A stretch of DNA of 64,000 nucleotides from Phoronis australis (taxonomy: Eukaryota; Animalia; Phoronida). The position numbers and the translations under genes are program-made. Position 1 is the first letter of the stretch. Each line of letters begins with the position of its first letter. The stretch is from contig NMRA01000197.1 of assembly GCA_002633005.1 (NCBI GenBank), positions 231,351 through 295,350 on the forward strand, in the 5' to 3' direction. Positions 60,401-64,000 of this stretch are shown here, piece after piece. Below the pieces are notes generated by a model that was given only the letters and a program-made list of their open reading frames with translations, searched no databases and was not told the origin of the DNA.

Positions 60401-61754
60401 CCTTTTGCCCCTAATTTTTCGCTCGCTGGACCACGCTGCAAATTTTTCAAAGAATATTATTTCGGCTGAAGGGGGCAATTAAAAACAGAATTATTCCAGG
60501 TGGCTAAAAAGGGTACAGTGTAGGTGGTAACAATAGCCACAAAGTCACCCTCACTAGATGCAGTTTGCCTCGCAAAATCGTACTCTAATAACATTTCTTA
60601 CTATTGCAGTCTTTGAATTTCTTATTATCCCAAACACTCAGGTTAACAACTATGCTCACGCATGTGCCCATTCCCTACGTTTGAAGTGATACATAACAAG
60701 CACTCACTGCTCTGTTATGCGCTCCCCACATAAAATTTTTGAGAATTTCCAATTAAGTACCCAACAGTTCAGGCTAGCGCCAATCATAGTGCATTAAAAA
60801 CGATCACGTGTGGTTTGAAATTCACATGCAGCCTATGTGAAGAATCACTCTCCCATTCTACACAGCAACAGAGTCAGTTTCCAAAAAATCCGTAAACCTC
60901 GGCTTTGTTTTACACCTCCATAAGAAAGTTAACACTGGTAAGTGACATGCATGAGAGGTAAAGTGTCCTTTTGTGACTGACCTGTTTTCCCGTACATGGA
61001 ACGTATTGAGTGCCTAAGGAGCAAACTTGAATTACCCAACCATGGAAACCAACAAGGAGTCGGGAATTTTTTCAAGGATTTTCATTTCATGGAAAACTAC
61101 TTGCTGAATGCGTGAACAGCATAAGTCCCATATTATTTGTTGTGAAATTTGCACTGAATTGTTTCTGCGCATCAAAACACCATTTGACGAGATAGAAGAG
61201 TAACAGTTCAAGGTTTTTTCGACAGAATGTTTTTTCAAATGTCAAGTTAAGTTGCAAAGTTTGACCTGCAAACAAATAGTGGAAGTTTGTATTCAGAGTT
61301 ATCTATCCTAGATTTTTAATGACTTTGATGACAGTAATATAGCACACGAGTCCTAGAAAAGTTGTGGATACTTTTTCAATGAGTATTTTCACTTTTTTTC
61401 ACATTGCACACTTAGCTACTTGAATGCACGTGTTAAAATTTTGATTATTAATAGAAAAACTTCTTGTCCAAAAATTGCCACGAAGCATTGTATGCTCAGG
61501 CAGAATGGTGTATCAAAGCCTAGGGAATGGTGCAGTGATGGTTTCACAAGAAAAAATCTCTAGTTTAATGTTGGTTAGTTACTTAATAATTAGTTTTGCA
61601 TAACATAAAAGCCTCAAAATAACATAAAATTGAAAGTAATTCACCGCAAATTGGTCACAACTTGTTTACTCAGATGAGAATTGAGATTCGTCGTTGGTTC
61701 ACTAAATTTGAATGAAATGAGGCATTAGGAGCGAGCACCTTCATGAATCAATAG

Positions 61755-62099
61755 CACGGATGAGAAACAACATGACCGCCGGTCCTCTTAAATCAGACCG
61801 ACTCACCCAAAACAGTACCTCCGGGGATCAAATGGGACCGTCGCACCAGAAAATGGGACTGACACACCTAAAAACATGACCGCCCCACCAGAAAACAGGA
61901 CCGAAGACATTGATAACTACATATTGTGCGGCGGTCATGTTCAGTCCCCGGCAGTCCTGTTTTCTGATGGGGCTGTCATGTTTTTAGGTGCGTCAGTCCC
62001 ATTTTCTGGTGCGACGGTCCCATTTGATCCTCGGAGGTCCTGTTTTGGGTGAGTCAGTCCGATTTAGAGGACCGGAGGTCATGTTGTTTCTAAACCGTG
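61755..62099. mobile_element. Foldback MITE with CAC...GTG termini and 5-bp TSD AATAG (Transib-like signature)
   Basis: AATAG|CACGGATGAGAAACAACATGACC ... GGTCATGTTGTTTCTAAACCGTG|AATAG; arms inverted over about 145 bp. Confidence 0.8.
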
Positions 62100-64000
62100 A
62101 ATAGTGGGCTTTAAAAGTGTTGTAATAGGGTACAAGTGACAGCTCTTGAAACAGTGATGTGATGTGCAGACACAAGCTGGCATTTCTATAGACAGTGACC
62201 ACCATCTCAACCTAGCCCCAGCTCAGACTTTGACGGAAGCTTTTCCGCGAATTATGCCTCACATTGATTATAACAACACAATCACATTGTTATATGTACC
62301 TTTTGCCCATACTAGTAGAGGAACACCTTAGGAGGCCGTCGATATCTTTAATTCCTTCCAACTCGAATAAATACTTCCATAAAGAAGTGTATTAGTTCAA
62401 TGCAGTTAAGGAAGATAATTTAAACTTAGAAAACAATGAAGATGGATTTGAAAGGGCATGAAGAAATATATCCTTGAGTACATGTGTCTAGGTTTCATTA
62501 CACCGCACAGTACATACTGCAATTTGTAAGTCTACGGTGAACACATATCCTCAACAAATTCACAACTCAGGGTCACCGGCGCTCGACACAGACGAAAATA
62601 TCCGCTTGAAAATAATGACAGCATATTTGCATTCACGCTTGTGTACCTGGACTTGGCCTCGTATAAGATGAGGACCAAAAAAAACTTCAGAACTCCGTTT
62701 TTAATTGGCGCTCATATTTTACAATCTCTAATCATTTTTCCAAGTGCTTTACTCGCTAATTTGGAGTTGCCTGGACTGGCTGGAGGTTGGCTACGGGCGT
62801 TGCCTATGGTTGTTGGGAACACCATGGTTGTTAGCATCTTCTTCAGTGGATTATAAATAGACGCTTTGTTGAAATTGACACTTACCAGGCCCAAAGTCAA
62901 CCATAGACTTTCATATTATGTCACAACAAATTTATTCCTAAAAACAACCATTATATTCTCGCAGTTTTAAGAATCAAATTCCGGCCTGTTTCCTAGCCGA
63001 AGGTTCAGGTGGTGTGCACGTGACTGGGTGATCTACTTCTTCCGCATACAGCAAACAGTGCCACACACAGAGCAAACTTGAATTGCCCATGGAATTCCGC
63101 AAAAAGTTGAAGTATTTCGAAGCTTTTACTTTATGCTAAGTTAGTCATTGAACACAAAACCAACATAACACGAAACATTTCAATTTTTCACGCAAACTTT
63201 GCACTGCATTCTCGCTCATCAATGTACGTCGTTCGGCCTGGGAGGATTTTTTCATAATTTTTTTCATTGATGCAATCGAGTTGCAACGCAACAATGCGGA
63301 CAAATTAAGGCCGTTTGCGCTATGTTTTATCTTGTTTGCATGTTCAGCGACGTTGATGGCATTTGTATGTCAGGTCAGTCGGCGGGTATTATTTTTTTTC
63401 ATCGTGTATGTTCTATTTCAAATTGGCTGCTCTGTCGAATACACTTCGAGAATGCGCTTCAACTTCTGCGTCGGCAACTAGCATTAGGGGTACAACAAAT
63501 CCTTTGAACTTTGGGTCAATGTACTTCAATTTCAAAGATTAAGTGTCCGGGTAGCGGTAGTTAGTGCTGGATGCAATATTTCTCCACACTCGCCATGAGG
63601 GGGATTCCGAATGAAGTCACCCTGACGTCACAGAACAGGAAGGTATTCCCCCAAAAACATGGTTGCCGACCGTCATTGTGACATGTATTCTGTTATGTCG
63701 AGTTATTTCTATATATTTATCGAAGTAAAACAACGGATTTTAGATTTCAATAAAATTTATTAAATTACAAATGTTAAAATTCATCATTTAGTCCTAGTTT
63801 TCACCGAGATTGTCTTGAAACAGGCCGTCTTTTTTCAGTCTTGGCCGTGCCGTCCAAGCCGTCATTTTTTTAATGACCGTCCCAATGACGGCCAGGACGA
63901 CCGCTAGACGAATCCCTGGCACAGTGTAGAAATGGCCAGTTGCTGATTTGAGCATCTGAATGAAGGAGTGCTTGAAGAAAGAGTTTGATTAAGGGAGCAT

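Noticed and set aside
1-64000. tRNA, rRNA, autonomous transposase/RT genes and the remaining short ORFs in the track
   Set aside because: None recognised by eye; the other 60-130 aa ORFs lack motifs or splice support and are expected by chance.

Overview
Eukaryotic (animal) genomic DNA: AT-rich, intron-dense, with three N-gaps. The repeat landscape suggests a marine invertebrate such as a mollusc (inference). I reconstructed three spliced genes by eye with GT-AG junctions and consistent phases. (1) Xaa-Pro dipeptidase/prolidase PEPD, + strand, 13 coding exons at 2103-21376; its 5' exons are not visible here. (2) The Hsp40 co-chaperone DNAJA2, - strand, 9 coding exons at 27261-39708, ending in CAHQ; its start exon was not found. 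(3) EMC8/9 (Neighbor-of-COX4 family), - strand, last 4 exons at 53555-58273. Introns hold non-autonomous DNA transposons (TTAA-, TA-, 5-bp- and 6-bp-TSD types), Helentron-associated elements, an LTR-like fragment with heat-shock elements, a decayed USP pseudogene and many minisatellites. The most striking pattern is tandem duplication placed exactly on splice signals: an 11-donor in-frame array after one PEPD exon, a 6-acceptor poison array at the other end of the same intron, a 4-donor poison array, single donor and acceptor duplications, and a duplication that creates the EMC8/9 stop codon. A Helentron-type element also appears to have inserted 4 nt from a PEPD acceptor and now supplies its pyrimidine tract. 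No database search or computation was run.
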